Source: Acidobacteriota bacterium
Lineage (GTDB): Bacteria > Acidobacteriota > UBA890 > WLXD01
Assembly: GCA_965205505.1 (NCBI GenBank)
Contig: CBDBHB010000009.1
Location: 1,664,001-1,728,000, forward strand
DNA length: 64,000 nucleotides
Direction: 5' to 3'
The notes below the pieces were generated by a model, which worked only from the letters and a program-made list of their open reading frames with translations, was not told the DNA's origin and did no database searches. This document shows positions 10,269-19,862 of the stretch, piece after piece. The stretch's first letter is position 1. Every line of letters begins with the position of its first letter. Made by a program: the position numbers and the translations under genes.

Positions 10269-11297
10269 TCAGCGCTTGATGTGCTTCCTCAGCGCCTGCG
10301 GCCCGACCTCGGCACCGTAGACGTTCCCCATGGAGTCGACGGCGACCCCCTCGGCGGCGCTGGTTCCCAGGTTGTCCTGATCGGGTTCCGGATCGGGGAT
10401 AAATGCGGTCACGAAGCCGTCGGTGACGCTGCCGATGCGGATGCCGCGCTTCCAACCGGGGTTGGTGCTCGAGTTGGATTCGGAATCGGCGGAATACATC
10501 ATGTCGTTGGCATCGATATACAGTCCGCTGGGTCCACCGAACTGCGTCCAGGTCGCGAGGTGTGTTCCATCCTGGTCGAAGACCTGGATACGGCGGTTTC
10601 TACGGTCGCCGACGAACAGGCGCCCCTGAGAGTCCATCGCCAGGGCATGCGGGTCTCTGAACTCACCCGGGCCATGCCCGGTCTGTCCCCATGCCTTGAT
10701 GAAGGTTCCGTCGCTCGACAGCTTGACGATCCGGTTGTTGCCATCAGCCCCATGGCCGTCGGCGACGAAGATATCGCCGTTGGGGGCCACCAGCACGTCC
10801 GACGGCTGGCGGAAGGTATCCTCGCCGTCGCCGGCGATGCCCTTCTTGCCCAGCGTCATCAGCAGGTCGCCGTCGGCACTGAACTTGTAGACGACATGCC
10901 CCAAGCCCTCCGGCGGCTCGCCGAAGCCGACCGCGTCGGTGACCCAGACGTTGCCCTCGGAGTCGACGTGCATGCCGTGCGGCCAGGCGAAGAGACCGTC
11001 GCCGCCGAAGCTCTTGAGCACCGCTCCCTCGGGCGAGTACAGGAAGATCGTCGACATGTCCGTGCCGACGCACGTGTTGGCACCTCAGCGCTCGGCCACC
11101 CATATGTTCACACCATCGAGGGCAGGGTAGACGGCGCTGGTGGCGCCCCACTGCCTGCCGTCGGGGAGCTGGGCCCAGACGCCCTCGACGGTACGGTAGG
11201 GGTTGGGAGAGCTGTTCTGAGCCCCAGCGTTTGCTAGGGCGCCCGAAACCACCAGGATCGCCAGTAATCCGAGACCGATGCGGGGTAGACGGGTCAT
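10269..11297 (-). CDS. Secreted NHL-repeat (beta-propeller) protein with in-frame TGA at codon 71 (selenocysteine or nonsense mutation)
   Basis: RBS GGAGG, signal peptide, NHL repeats (PHGMHVDSEGNVWVTD, PSDVLVAPNGDIFVADG); ORFs 11085-11339 and 10269-11057 share one frame. Confidence 0.85.
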
Positions 11298-11527
11298 CGC
11301 AGATCCTCCAGGCAAAGGTGGCACCGAACGATGCGCCATCCTAACCGGTCAGGGCTCCGTCGTCGCCTTCGTCGGGATGACCGTGGGATGTTCCTGCCCC
11401 AGCCGCGGGTGTGCGCCGAACAGAATCGACAGGAGCCAAGTCCGCGGTGGCAAGGATGGCGGCGAGCGTTGCCCAGCGCGGTACCTCGGCCCCTAGCGAC
11501 AGACGGTCGGTTGCCGGTGAGAGCGCA

Positions 11528-12004
11528 TCAACGTTGATCGGCGCGCTCCTCGAAAGGGCCCTCGATGAGGATCTGATCGAGCTGCGCTGCGTCGTTGCCC
11601 ATGTCTTGTTCACCGACTGGTGAGCCGTTGACACGAAGCAGGTAGGCAACGATGTCGGAGTACTGCTGCCGGCTCAGATCGCCGGGATTATCCTCCGGCA
11701 TGGTCGCGCTGATAAAGTCGAAGAGGGCCCCGATCGGCTGACCTTCCCACCCGCTCATGTATTCGGCGCCGAACTCCGTCATGTCGTGGCAGTAGGTGCA
11801 GACGCGCTCGTAGAGAGCCTGGCCCCGGCCAGCTTCGTGGCTCGAGTACACACCGTCGCGCGTAGATCGGTTGCCCGCGCTCGCCGGGATCTGCGGTGCT
11901 TCTGCGGCCAGGCCGACCGACACTGGCACTACGGCGAGCGCAGCCAAAGCCGCTACCGCAAGTGTCGCGGCGGGCCAGCAGGGTCGAAGGGCAGCATCAG
12001 ACAT
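11528..12004 (-). CDS. Periplasmic monoheme cytochrome c
   Basis: Signal peptide, CTYCH heme motif, distal TMPEDNPG Met ligand. Confidence 0.85.
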   Translation of the reverse strand: MSDAALRPCWPAATLAVAALAALAVVPVSVGLAAEAPQIPASAGNRSTRDGVYSSHEAGRGQALYERVCTYCHDMTEFGAEYMSGWEGQPIGALFDFISATMPEDNPGDLSRQQYSDIVAYLLRVNGSPVGEQDMGNDAAQLDQILIEGPFEERADQR

Positions 12005-12019
12005 CCGGCTCGATCGCCA

Positions 12020-12177
12020 GCAACCCCCACGCGCCCAACGGGTTACGGCGTCGTGGAGCCATCTGCAGCGTTGACCCTCCTGGACGATACGACAAGCATC
12101 GCCTGCGTCGCGCCGCCTTGCATCTGGCCCCACGACGCCGTAACCAGACCCACCAGAGTTCTTCAGCACCCTGCTAG
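12020..12177. repeat. Partial copy of CTAG-bounded MITE-like repeat
   Basis: Aligns with the reverse complement of 27105-27262; internal inverted repeat GGTTACGGCGTCGTGG...CCACGACGCCGTAACC. Confidence 0.8.
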
Positions 12178-13361
12178 GCTACGGCCACCTTCTTGAGTTC
12201 TAGCACGTGCTCGAAGACCTCTGTGGCGCGTTGCATCTCCTCCATCGTACCCAGGGAGATCCGCGCCCAGGCATCTTGGAACGGCGCGAAAGTTCGCCCC
12301 ACGATGATCCCGTACTCGGCGCAGCCGCTGCGGAAGTCCGCTGCCGGCACGCCCGTGCGCACGAATAGGAAGTTGGTCTGCGTGTCGGTGCCGTGAATGC
12401 CGCGCGACTTGAACCAGTCGACGGTGAAGCGGCGCACCTCGGTGTTGCGTGCTTGCTCAGCAGCGGTGTGCTCCGTGTCCCGCAGGGAAGCCGCCGCCCC
12501 GGCTATGGCCGCCACATTGAGACCGCTGCCGTAGTGCCATTCGTTCATGGCGGCCAGCGTGTCGGTGTGCGCGACACCGTAGCCGATGCGCATCCCGGCC
12601 ATACCGTGCGCCTTGGAGAACGTACGGGCCACCAGGATCCGCTTGTTCCTCACAGCGCGGGCGATCTCCGACCGATACGCCGGATCCATCACGTAGTCGT
12701 GATACGCCTCGTCGATGAGGATCACGGCCTCGGACTCGGTCATGACCCGATCGATGAAGGCGCCTATGGCGTCGGCGTCGTGTAGCGTCGCGGTCGGGTT
12801 GTTGGGGTTGTCGACAAATATCAGGCCGGCGCCCTTGGCGGCATCGGCCATAGCATCGAGGTCGAGCCGCATGGAAGTGCTCACCGGGACGAACTCGACT
12901 GGCGTGCCGATGACCTCGGCGTAGCCCGAGCACTCACCATAGGAGGGAGCGCCGGTGACCAGGTGCCTGGAAGGCGACGTGAAAACGTGCGTCGCCGTGC
13001 GCAGTATCTGTGTGGAACCGTTGCCGATGACGATATTGGCCTGCGGCACCCCTTGCGTTGCGCTGATCGCGTCTACCAGGGCGGTCCTACTGAGACCGTA
13101 GCGCGCGGTGGGGTGATTGCCGGCCGTGATGCCGGTTTCCATGGCATCCAGGGCCCGGGCACCGGGGCCGAGCGGGTTCTCGTTGTATTGCAGAAATACC
13201 GGGCGCTCTTCCTCCGGCAGCGATAGCGACCAGGCTCGCGCCACGGATCGCGGCCCATCGTAGGCCATCATCGCTGCGGCGGCGGAGCCGATACCCACTT
13301 TCTTGACGAACGAGCGTCGTGAAACGGACATCCCTGTCTTCTCCCTCGTAGCCGGGCTCAT
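12174..13361 (-). CDS. HisC-like class I/II PLP aminotransferase with Tat signal (type B, copy 1)
   Basis: SRRSFVK twin-Arg, YNENPLG, NPNNPT, DEAY, RTFSKAHGMAGMRIG; start 13361 or 13331. Confidence 0.9.
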   Translation of the reverse strand: MSPATREKTGMSVSRRSFVKKVGIGSAAAAMMAYDGPRSVARAWSLSLPEEERPVFLQYNENPLGPGARALDAMETGITAGNHPTARYGLSRTALVDAISATQGVPQANIVIGNGSTQILRTATHVFTSPSRHLVTGAPSYGECSGYAEVIGTPVEFVPVSTSMRLDLDAMADAAKGAGLIFVDNPNNPTATLHDADAIGAFIDRVMTESEAVILIDEAYHDYVMDPAYRSEIARAVRNKRILVARTFSKAHGMAGMRIGYGVAHTDTLAAMNEWHYGSGLNVAAIAGAAASLRDTEHTAAEQARNTEVRRFTVDWFKSRGIHGTDTQTNFLFVRTGVPAADFRSGCAEYGIIVGRTFAPFQDAWARISLGTMEEMQRATEVFEHVLELKKVAVA

Positions 13362-14524
13362 GCCAGCACCTTCGCGAATACCTCGGTGGCCTGCTGCATC
13401 TGTTCCATGGTTCCGATCGAGATCCGCGCGTGGGTTCTTTCCATCGGCGGGAAGTCGCGACCGATGCGGATGCCGCGCTCTTGGCAAGCCGCGCGCATCT
13501 CCGCAGCCGGGCGGCCGACGTTCACGAAGATGAAGTTCGTATTGGATTCGAAGACCTCGTGACCCGCCTTCCTGAAGAAGTCGATGGTGAACCGCCGTGC
13601 CTCGGCGTTGCGCTGTTTCTCGCGACGCATACGTATCGAGTCGTGGAAAGTAGCGTAAGCGGCGGCGACGCCGACGTTGTTGGTGTTGATCGGCAGCCCG
13701 TAGCGTCCCAGCTGTGCGATCGTGTCCTTGTGGCCCACGGCGTAGCCGATGCGTAGCCCCGCCAAGCCGTATGCCTTCGAGAAGGTGCGGCTGATGAAGA
13801 CGTTGGGCGTCCACAGCGCCAGCGACAGCGCCGATCGGTAACCGGGATCGCTGACGTACTCGTGGTACGCCTCGTCGAAATGGATGACGGTCTCCGGCGA
13901 GACGTGCTGCACTCGCTCGACAAACTCGGCGATCGCCTTTGCCTGATGTACCGTCGCGGTCGGGTTGTTCGGATTGCACACGAAGACCAAACCGGCGCCC
14001 CTGGAAGCCTCCGCCATCGCTCCCAAGTTCAGCTTGCCGTCGCTGTCGACGGGGATGGCTTTCACCTCAGTCCCCAGATACTCGGCGACGCGCGCTGAAG
14101 CCACATAGGTAGGAGTCGCGGTAACCAGGTGCCTGGACTTCGAGGTGAATGCCTGTACGGCGTCTTTGAGAAGCTCCTCAGATCCCGCACCGAGCAGCAC
14201 GTGCTCTGGGCGGGCGTCGTTGGCCGCGGCCAGGGCTGCCTGCAGGTCGCCCATGCTCGGGCTGGTATTGTCGGGATAACGGCTGGCGTCATGGAACGCC
14301 TCGCGAACAGCGTCCAGTGCCCGCTCCCCGGGCCCCAGCGGGTTCTCGTTGAACATCAAACGGATCTCACCGCTGGCTGGCGGCGCGACAGCCGCAGCTT
14401 CGTCGATGTTGGACCAGGGCTCATCGACCAGCGCTTCGCGGCCGTGGGCCGCGATCAACGCTCCCGGCCGCTCGCTCCCATTTGGTGTGTGAGCCCCGAA
14501 GAGCGCGCGACGCGAGAGCGACAT
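13358..14524 (-). CDS. HisC-like PLP aminotransferase with Tat-like N-terminus (type A, copy 1)
   Basis: MSLSRRALFG, NENPLG, CNPNNPT, FDEAY, RTFSKAYGLAGLRIG; RBS GGAGGAGG. Confidence 0.9.
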   Translation of the reverse strand: MSLSRRALFGAHTPNGSERPGALIAAHGREALVDEPWSNIDEAAAVAPPASGEIRLMFNENPLGPGERALDAVREAFHDASRYPDNTSPSMGDLQAALAAANDARPEHVLLGAGSEELLKDAVQAFTSKSRHLVTATPTYVASARVAEYLGTEVKAIPVDSDGKLNLGAMAEASRGAGLVFVCNPNNPTATVHQAKAIAEFVERVQHVSPETVIHFDEAYHEYVSDPGYRSALSLALWTPNVFISRTFSKAYGLAGLRIGYAVGHKDTIAQLGRYGLPINTNNVGVAAAYATFHDSIRMRREKQRNAEARRFTIDFFRKAGHEVFESNTNFIFVNVGRPAAEMRAACQERGIRIGRDFPPMERTHARISIGTMEQMQQATEVFAKVLA

Positions 14525-14565
14525 GAGTGGGTACCTCCTCCTTCGAGACAAGACGTTGACGCTAC

Positions 14566-14592
14566 GTAGCCTAGGCTACCTCGATTCGTCAA
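14566..14592 (-). promoter_or_regulatory. Perfect 14-bp palindrome GTAGCCTAGGCTAC next to a TTGACG -35-like hexamer
   Basis: About 40 bp upstream of the aminotransferase start; identical in the duplicate at 17109-17135. Confidence 0.5.
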
Positions 14593-14713
14593 GGAATTGT
14601 TCCCGCGCGAAGGAGCGACGGTGTTGTTTGAGCTGCTGTGCTCGGAGGAAGGCGTTGTTGGCGGCGCGACGACGACGAGCGCGGCGCGGCAACTCTCCTG
14701 CCAGACGAGCCAT
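14576..14713 (-). CDS. Putative 45-aa Arg-rich small protein or gene remnant (copy 1)
   Basis: MARLAGELPRRARRRRAANNAFLRAQQLKQHRRSFAREQFLDESR*; frame preserved in duplicate with synonymous changes. Confidence 0.5.
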   Translation of the reverse strand: MARLAGELPRRARRRRAANNAFLRAQQLKQHRRSFAREQFLDESR

Positions 14714-14732
14714 GACCGGCGGCGCGTGACGC

Positions 14733-15920
14733 CTATGCCGCCGCCACCTTCTTGACTTGCAGCACGCGCCCGAAAACCTCGGTGGCGCGCTGCATCTCTG
14801 CCATCGTACCGAGCGAGATCCGCGCCCAGTCGTCGTGGAATGGCCTGAAGTCGCGACCCACGAGAATCGCGTGCTTGGCGCACCCGCTGCGAAAGTCCGC
14901 TGCCGGCACGCCCGTACGCATGAAGACGAAGTTGGTCTGCGTGTCGGTGCCCTGGATCCCGTGCAACTTGAACCAGTTGACCGTGAAGTGGCGTACCTCG
15001 GTGTTGCGTGCGCGCTCCGCCGCGATGTGATCCGTATCCCGCAGCGATCCCGCCGCACCGGCGATCGCCGCCACATTGAGGCTCAAACCATAATGCCACT
15101 GCCGCATGGCGGCCAGCGTGTCGGCATGCGCCACGCCGTAGCCGATGCGCATCCCAGCCATGCCATGGGCCTTGGAGAACGTACGCGCCACCAGGACTCG
15201 TTTGTTCCTCACCGCGCGTGTCACCTCCGACCGGTACGCCGGATCGGTGACGTAGTCGTGGTAAGCCTCGTCGACGAGGATCACGGCCTCCGACTCGGTC
15301 ATCACCCGATCGATGAAGGCGCCCATTTCGTCGGCGCTATGCAGCGTCGCCATCGGGTTGTTGGGGTTATCGAGAAACACCATACCGGCGCCCTTAGCGG
15401 CGTCGGCCATGGCGTTGAGGTCGAGGCGCAGCGAAGCGTCCACCGGCACGAACTCTACCGGTGTGCCAATCAGCTCCGCGTAACCCGAGCACTCACCATA
15501 GGAGGGAGCGCCGGTGACCAGGTGCTTGGAAGGCGACGTGAAAACGTGCGTCGCCGTGCGCAGCACCTGCGTGGAGCCGTTGCCGACGATGATGTTGGCC
15601 TGGGGCACGCCCTGCGTGCTTGCGATCGCGTCCACCAGGTCCGCGGTGCTGATGCTGTAGCGTGCGGTCGGGTGGCTGCCCGCTGTGATGCCGGTCTCCA
15701 CGGCCTCCAGTGCCCGGTCGCCCGGGCCCAGCGGGTTCTCGTTGTACTGCAGGAACAGCGGGCGCTCTTCCTCCGGCAGTGATAGCGACCAGGCCCGCGC
15801 CATCGATCGCGGCCCCTCGTATGCCATAATCGCTGCGGCGGCGGAACCGACACCCACCCTCTTGACGAACGAGCGTCGTGAAACGGACATCCCTGTCTTC
15901 TCCCTCGTAGACGCGCTCAT
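14733..15920 (-). CDS. HisC-like PLP aminotransferase with Tat signal (type B, copy 2)
   Basis: Close paralog of 12174-13361 with the same motifs. Confidence 0.9.
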   Translation of the reverse strand: MSASTREKTGMSVSRRSFVKRVGVGSAAAAIMAYEGPRSMARAWSLSLPEEERPLFLQYNENPLGPGDRALEAVETGITAGSHPTARYSISTADLVDAIASTQGVPQANIIVGNGSTQVLRTATHVFTSPSKHLVTGAPSYGECSGYAELIGTPVEFVPVDASLRLDLNAMADAAKGAGMVFLDNPNNPMATLHSADEMGAFIDRVMTESEAVILVDEAYHDYVTDPAYRSEVTRAVRNKRVLVARTFSKAHGMAGMRIGYGVAHADTLAAMRQWHYGLSLNVAAIAGAAGSLRDTDHIAAERARNTEVRHFTVNWFKLHGIQGTDTQTNFVFMRTGVPAADFRSGCAKHAILVGRDFRPFHDDWARISLGTMAEMQRATEVFGRVLQVKKVAAA

Positions 15921-17068
15921 GCCAGCACCTCCCCAAATACCTCGGTCGCTCGCTGCATTTCTTCCATAGTCCCGATCGAGATCCGGGCGTGGGTCTTCTC
16001 CATCGGCGGGAAGTCACGCCCGATACGGATGCCTTGCTTGGCGCACGCAGACCGCAGATCGGCCGCTGGACGGCCGATGTTGACGAAGATGAAGTTCGCG
16101 TTGGACTCGAACACTCCGTATCCCGCGTTTTCGAAGAAGTCGACGGTGAACTGCCGCGTCTCGGCGTTGCGCTTTCCCTCACGGTGCATGCGCGCCGTAT
16201 CCTGGAAAGTTGCGTAGGCAGCGGCGACGCCGACGTTGTTGGTGTTGTCCGGTAGCCCGTAGCGGCTTAGCTGCGCGATCGTGTCTCGGTGCCCCACCGC
16301 GTAGCCGATCCGTAGCCCCGCCATACCGTAGACCTTCGAGAAGGTGCGGCTGACGAAGACGTTCGGTGTCCATAACGCCAACGACAGCGCCGATCGGTAG
16401 CCGGGATCGGTAACGTACTCGTGGTAGGCCTCGTCGAAGTGAATGACCGCCTCTGGAGATATGTGTTGCAACTGGTCGACGAACTCGGCGATCGCTTCCG
16501 CCTGATGCAGCGTGCCGGTCGGGTTGTTGGGATTGCACACGAAGACCAGGCCGGCTCCCTTGGCCGCCTCCGCCATCGCGCCCAGGTTCAGCTTGCCGTC
16601 GGCGTCGACGGGAATGGCTCTCACCTCGGCCCCCAAGTACTCCGCGACGCGGCCTGACCTCAGATAGGTGGGGGTCGCGGTAACCAGGTGCTTGGACTTC
16701 GAGGTGAACGCCTGTACCGCGTCCTTGAGGATCTCGCCCGACCCCGCACCGAGCAGCACGTGTTCCGGGCGAGCGTCGTTGGCTGCCGCCAGGGCAGCTT
16801 GCAGGCTGGTGTTGTCAGGATACCGGCTGGCGTCGTTGAACGCTTCTCGAACGGCGTCCAGGGCTCGCTCGCCAGGACCCAGCGGGTTCTCATTGCTGCT
16901 CAAACGGATCTCACCATTAGCCGGCGGTGGCACAACCGCCACATCTTCAGTGTTGGGCCAGAGCTCATCGACCAGCGCTTCACGGCCCCGGGCAGCGATG
17001 AGCGCGCCAGACCATCCCTTTCCCGCTGTTGCGTGGACGCCAAAGAGTGCGCGACGTGAGAGCGACAT
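15917..17068 (-). CDS. HisC-like PLP aminotransferase with Tat-like N-terminus (type A, copy 2)
   Basis: Close paralog of 13358-14524; RTFSKVYGMAGLRIG. Confidence 0.9.
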   Translation of the reverse strand: MSLSRRALFGVHATAGKGWSGALIAARGREALVDELWPNTEDVAVVPPPANGEIRLSSNENPLGPGERALDAVREAFNDASRYPDNTSLQAALAAANDARPEHVLLGAGSGEILKDAVQAFTSKSKHLVTATPTYLRSGRVAEYLGAEVRAIPVDADGKLNLGAMAEAAKGAGLVFVCNPNNPTGTLHQAEAIAEFVDQLQHISPEAVIHFDEAYHEYVTDPGYRSALSLALWTPNVFVSRTFSKVYGMAGLRIGYAVGHRDTIAQLSRYGLPDNTNNVGVAAAYATFQDTARMHREGKRNAETRQFTVDFFENAGYGVFESNANFIFVNIGRPAADLRSACAKQGIRIGRDFPPMEKTHARISIGTMEEMQRATEVFGEVLA

Positions 17069-17118
17069 GAGTGGTGCCTCCTCCTTCGGGGCAAGACGTC
17101 AACGTTACGTAGCCTAGG

Positions 17119-17256
17119 CTACCTCGATTCGTCAAGGAATTGTTCCCGCGCGAAGGAGCGACGGTGTTGTTTGAGCTGCTGTGCTCGGAGGAAGGCGTTG
17201 TTGGCGGCGCGACGACGACGAGCGCGGTGCGGTAGCTGTCCTGCAAGACGAGCCAT
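17119..17256 (-). CDS. Putative 45-aa Arg-rich small protein or gene remnant (copy 2)
   Basis: MARLAGQLPHRARRRRAANNAFLRAQQLKQHRRSFAREQFLDESR*. Confidence 0.5.
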   Translation of the reverse strand: MARLAGQLPHRARRRRAANNAFLRAQQLKQHRRSFAREQFLDESR

Positions 17257-17287
17257 GACCGGCGGCGCCACCCTGTAGCATCAGCGG

Positions 17288-18935
17288 ATGATTCCGATAC
17301 CCGATCTGCTGCACGGCCGCGAGCACGCGTACCCGGACAACGAGCTTCTCGAAGACCTCCTCAAGCTCGCCTTCCTCGGGGCCAACGAGACGGCGCACAT
17401 CCATGAGCGTATGGGCGAGTCGCCGCTGGAGGCATCGCCGTGGGATCCGAAGCTGTTCGACAAGGACGTGTTCCTCACCGAGTTCGTCGAGGACTCGTCG
17501 CACATCGAGATCGGTGGTAGCGACTACCTTGCCCACCCGGAGTTCCTGCACCGCGTCCTGTCCCGTCCACCCGTCGATCTCGAGACGGTGCGTTTTCGCC
17601 AGGCGATACTGCGTGAGCTCGAGACCGATGCCGATGTCCGGGATCGTACCGAGCGCCTCTATGTCGAGCTCATCGCGTTGCTCGATTCGATCAAGTCGGC
17701 GCACACCGTTCGGACCGTCGACAACACGTTTCACCGGCTTGGCGTGCTGGGGCAGGCTCGCGCCGTGATCGAACTCATGGTGAGCGACTTCGCCTCCAGC
17801 TCGTCTGGCCTGTGCCGGATTCACGAAGCAGGTCTCGGCATCAAGGCGACGCGCGACTACAGGATCCTCACGGACTTGCTCGCCTACGAGGAGAACATCG
17901 CCTCGGTCAGCGTGTCTTTGCAGCTTGGAGCCGACGGCCGCATCAAGAAGTTGCAGATCGAGGACTTCGAGGAGGCGCGCGACAACCGTTTCTACAAATC
18001 GGCGTGGCGCCGCTGGGGCGATCTATTCAGCACCTACTGGCGCGGCTACAACCTCAGCTCTCGCGAGATGGTCAACCGGGTGATCATCGACGTGTACCAG
18101 CGCATCGCCCCGTCGCTGGCGCGCGTGTTGATGCTCGTCGGACACCTCGAGTTCTACCTCACGAGCCGGGCGTTCGCGGACACCTGCCGGAAGCAAGGTC
18201 TCGATGTGTGCCTGCCGACGGTGGTCGACAACGGCCCGTTGAAACTGCGTAGGGTCTTTAATCCGCTGCTGCTCAGACAGGATGCGCCGCCTATACCGTG
18301 CGATGTCAGCGAGGATCGCGACGAGTCGATTACCGTAATTACCGGACCGAACTCGGGCGGCAAGACCAGATTGCTGCAGGGCCTCGGGCTGCTGCAGCTT
18401 CATGGCGCAGTCGGGTCTCTACGTGGCCGCCGCGGAGGCACATGTGCCGATGTGCAGCGGCTTGTTCGCTTCCGTGGTTCAGACCGATTCAGCCGACCAG
18501 CTCGAAGGACGGCTCGGTCAGGAGCTCGTACGCATCCGCACGCTCTTTCAGTACATTCGACCGCGATCGATGGTCTTGCTCGATGAGCTCTGCTCCGGGA
18601 CCAACCCGTCGGAAGCTGCCGAGATCGTTCTGATGGTGCTGCAACTGTTGAGCGAGCTGTCGCCGCGGGCGTTCGTTACAACTCATTTTCTCGACCTGGC
18701 ACGTGAGCTTGATGCCAAGCGCACGCTGCATCATCTCGATTTTCTGCAGGTCGACATAGATGGCGGCGAGTCGACGTACCAATTCGTAGCCAGCGTGGCG
18801 GGTACGTCGATGGCGACGGAGACCGCGCGGAGGTTGGGGGTCGACTTCGAGGTCCTGTCGGAGGAGATCCGTGCGCGGCTCGAGCGCGACGGCACTACGA
18901 CGTGCCGCGTTGCCGACGGGGAGCCAACACAGTAG
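17288..18935 (+). pseudogene. MutS-related ATPase (domain V type), frameshifted near 18401
   Basis: ITGPNSGGKT in the first frame, MAQSG...VLLDELCSGT...FVTTHF in the second; one extra base at CTT-C-ATG. Confidence 0.8.
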
Positions 18936-18977
18936 GCGCGGTTGCCGGATGAGCAACCTTTGGAGGGCGTACGGCCT

Positions 18978-19730
18978 CTAGGCGGTCGGGCAGCGCACGA
19001 CGACCGCCGTGATGTTGTCGCTGCCGTCTTCTTCGCAAGCGACGTCCACGATCGAGCGCGCGGTCTGATCGGCACGAATGCAGCCCGTGGTGAACTCGGT
19101 AATGCGCTCGGTGTCCATCACCTGGGTCATGCCATCCGTTCCGAGTACCCAAATATCCCCGGGTAAGGATTCGCCTTCGAGCACGTCTACTTCGACGTCC
19201 GGCGTGTTTCCGATGCTGCGCGTAAGCACGTTGCGCATCGGGTGGTTGGCGGCATCCTCTGCACTGATCACGCCGAGCCGTACCTGCTCGGCGAGCACCG
19301 AATGGTCGTCGGTGATCTGGCAGCCGACGCCATCGCGTACGAGCCATGCGCGGGAGTCTCCGACGTGCGCCACCCGGTAGCTGGTGCCGTTGACGAGCAA
19401 GGCCGTCAGCGTCGTCCCCATACCGCTGCACTCGCTGTGTTGGAGCGATTCCTCATAGATCACGGTATTGACCTGTACGAAGGCTCGAGTCAGCTCTGCC
19501 GCACCAATCGGCCCGGCTATGTGGTCGGTGACGAAGTCGTGCAGCACCTCAACGGCCAACTGGCTAGCGCGTTCCCCGGCGTTGTGCCCGCCCATCCCAT
19601 CGGCGACGATGAATAGTCCGAGGTCCCGGTCTACCTTGAGCGAGTCCTCGTTGTGGTCGCGGACCCTTCCGACCACGGTGTGATAGCCCACGTCGACGGG
19701 TTCGGTCGGCGGGCCAGCAGGGTCGCTCAT
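18978..19730 (-). CDS. PP2C/Stp1-family Ser/Thr phosphatase
   Basis: [37 protein letters not shown]. Confidence 0.92.
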   Translation of the reverse strand: MSDPAGPPTEPVDVGYHTVVGRVRDHNEDSLKVDRDLGLFIVADGMGGHNAGERASQLAVEVLHDFVTDHIAGPIGAAELTRAFVQVNTVIYEESLQHSECSGMGTTLTALLVNGTSYRVAHVGDSRAWLVRDGVGCQITDDHSVLAEQVRLGVISAEDAANHPMRNVLTRSIGNTPDVEVDVLEGESLPGDIWVLGTDGMTQVMDTERITEFTTGCIRADQTARSIVDVACEEDGSDNITAVVVRCPTA

Positions 19731-19862
19731 GGTGCTCGTAGGTTGCCAGGGTGGCCAGGACCGCTGGATTGTAGCCGATGCGGCTGACCGTTGGCTGCGC
19801 AGGCGGTGGGCGGACGACAATGAGCGACGCTCGTCGAGGCCGAGTAAGGCCGCCCGGACGTT

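Noticed and set aside
14590-14720. Riboswitch in the duplicated upstream region
   Set aside because: No recognisable aptamer motifs or terminator; the substitution pattern fits a coding frame better. An Rfam scan was not possible.
12174-17068. Histidine biosynthesis (hisC) operon
   Set aside because: No other his genes; twin-arginine N-termini and four copies argue against housekeeping HisC.
18395-18405. Programmed frameshifting in the MutS-like gene (also considered for 26722 and ompA)
   Set aside because: No slippery heptamer at these sites; simple indels are more likely.
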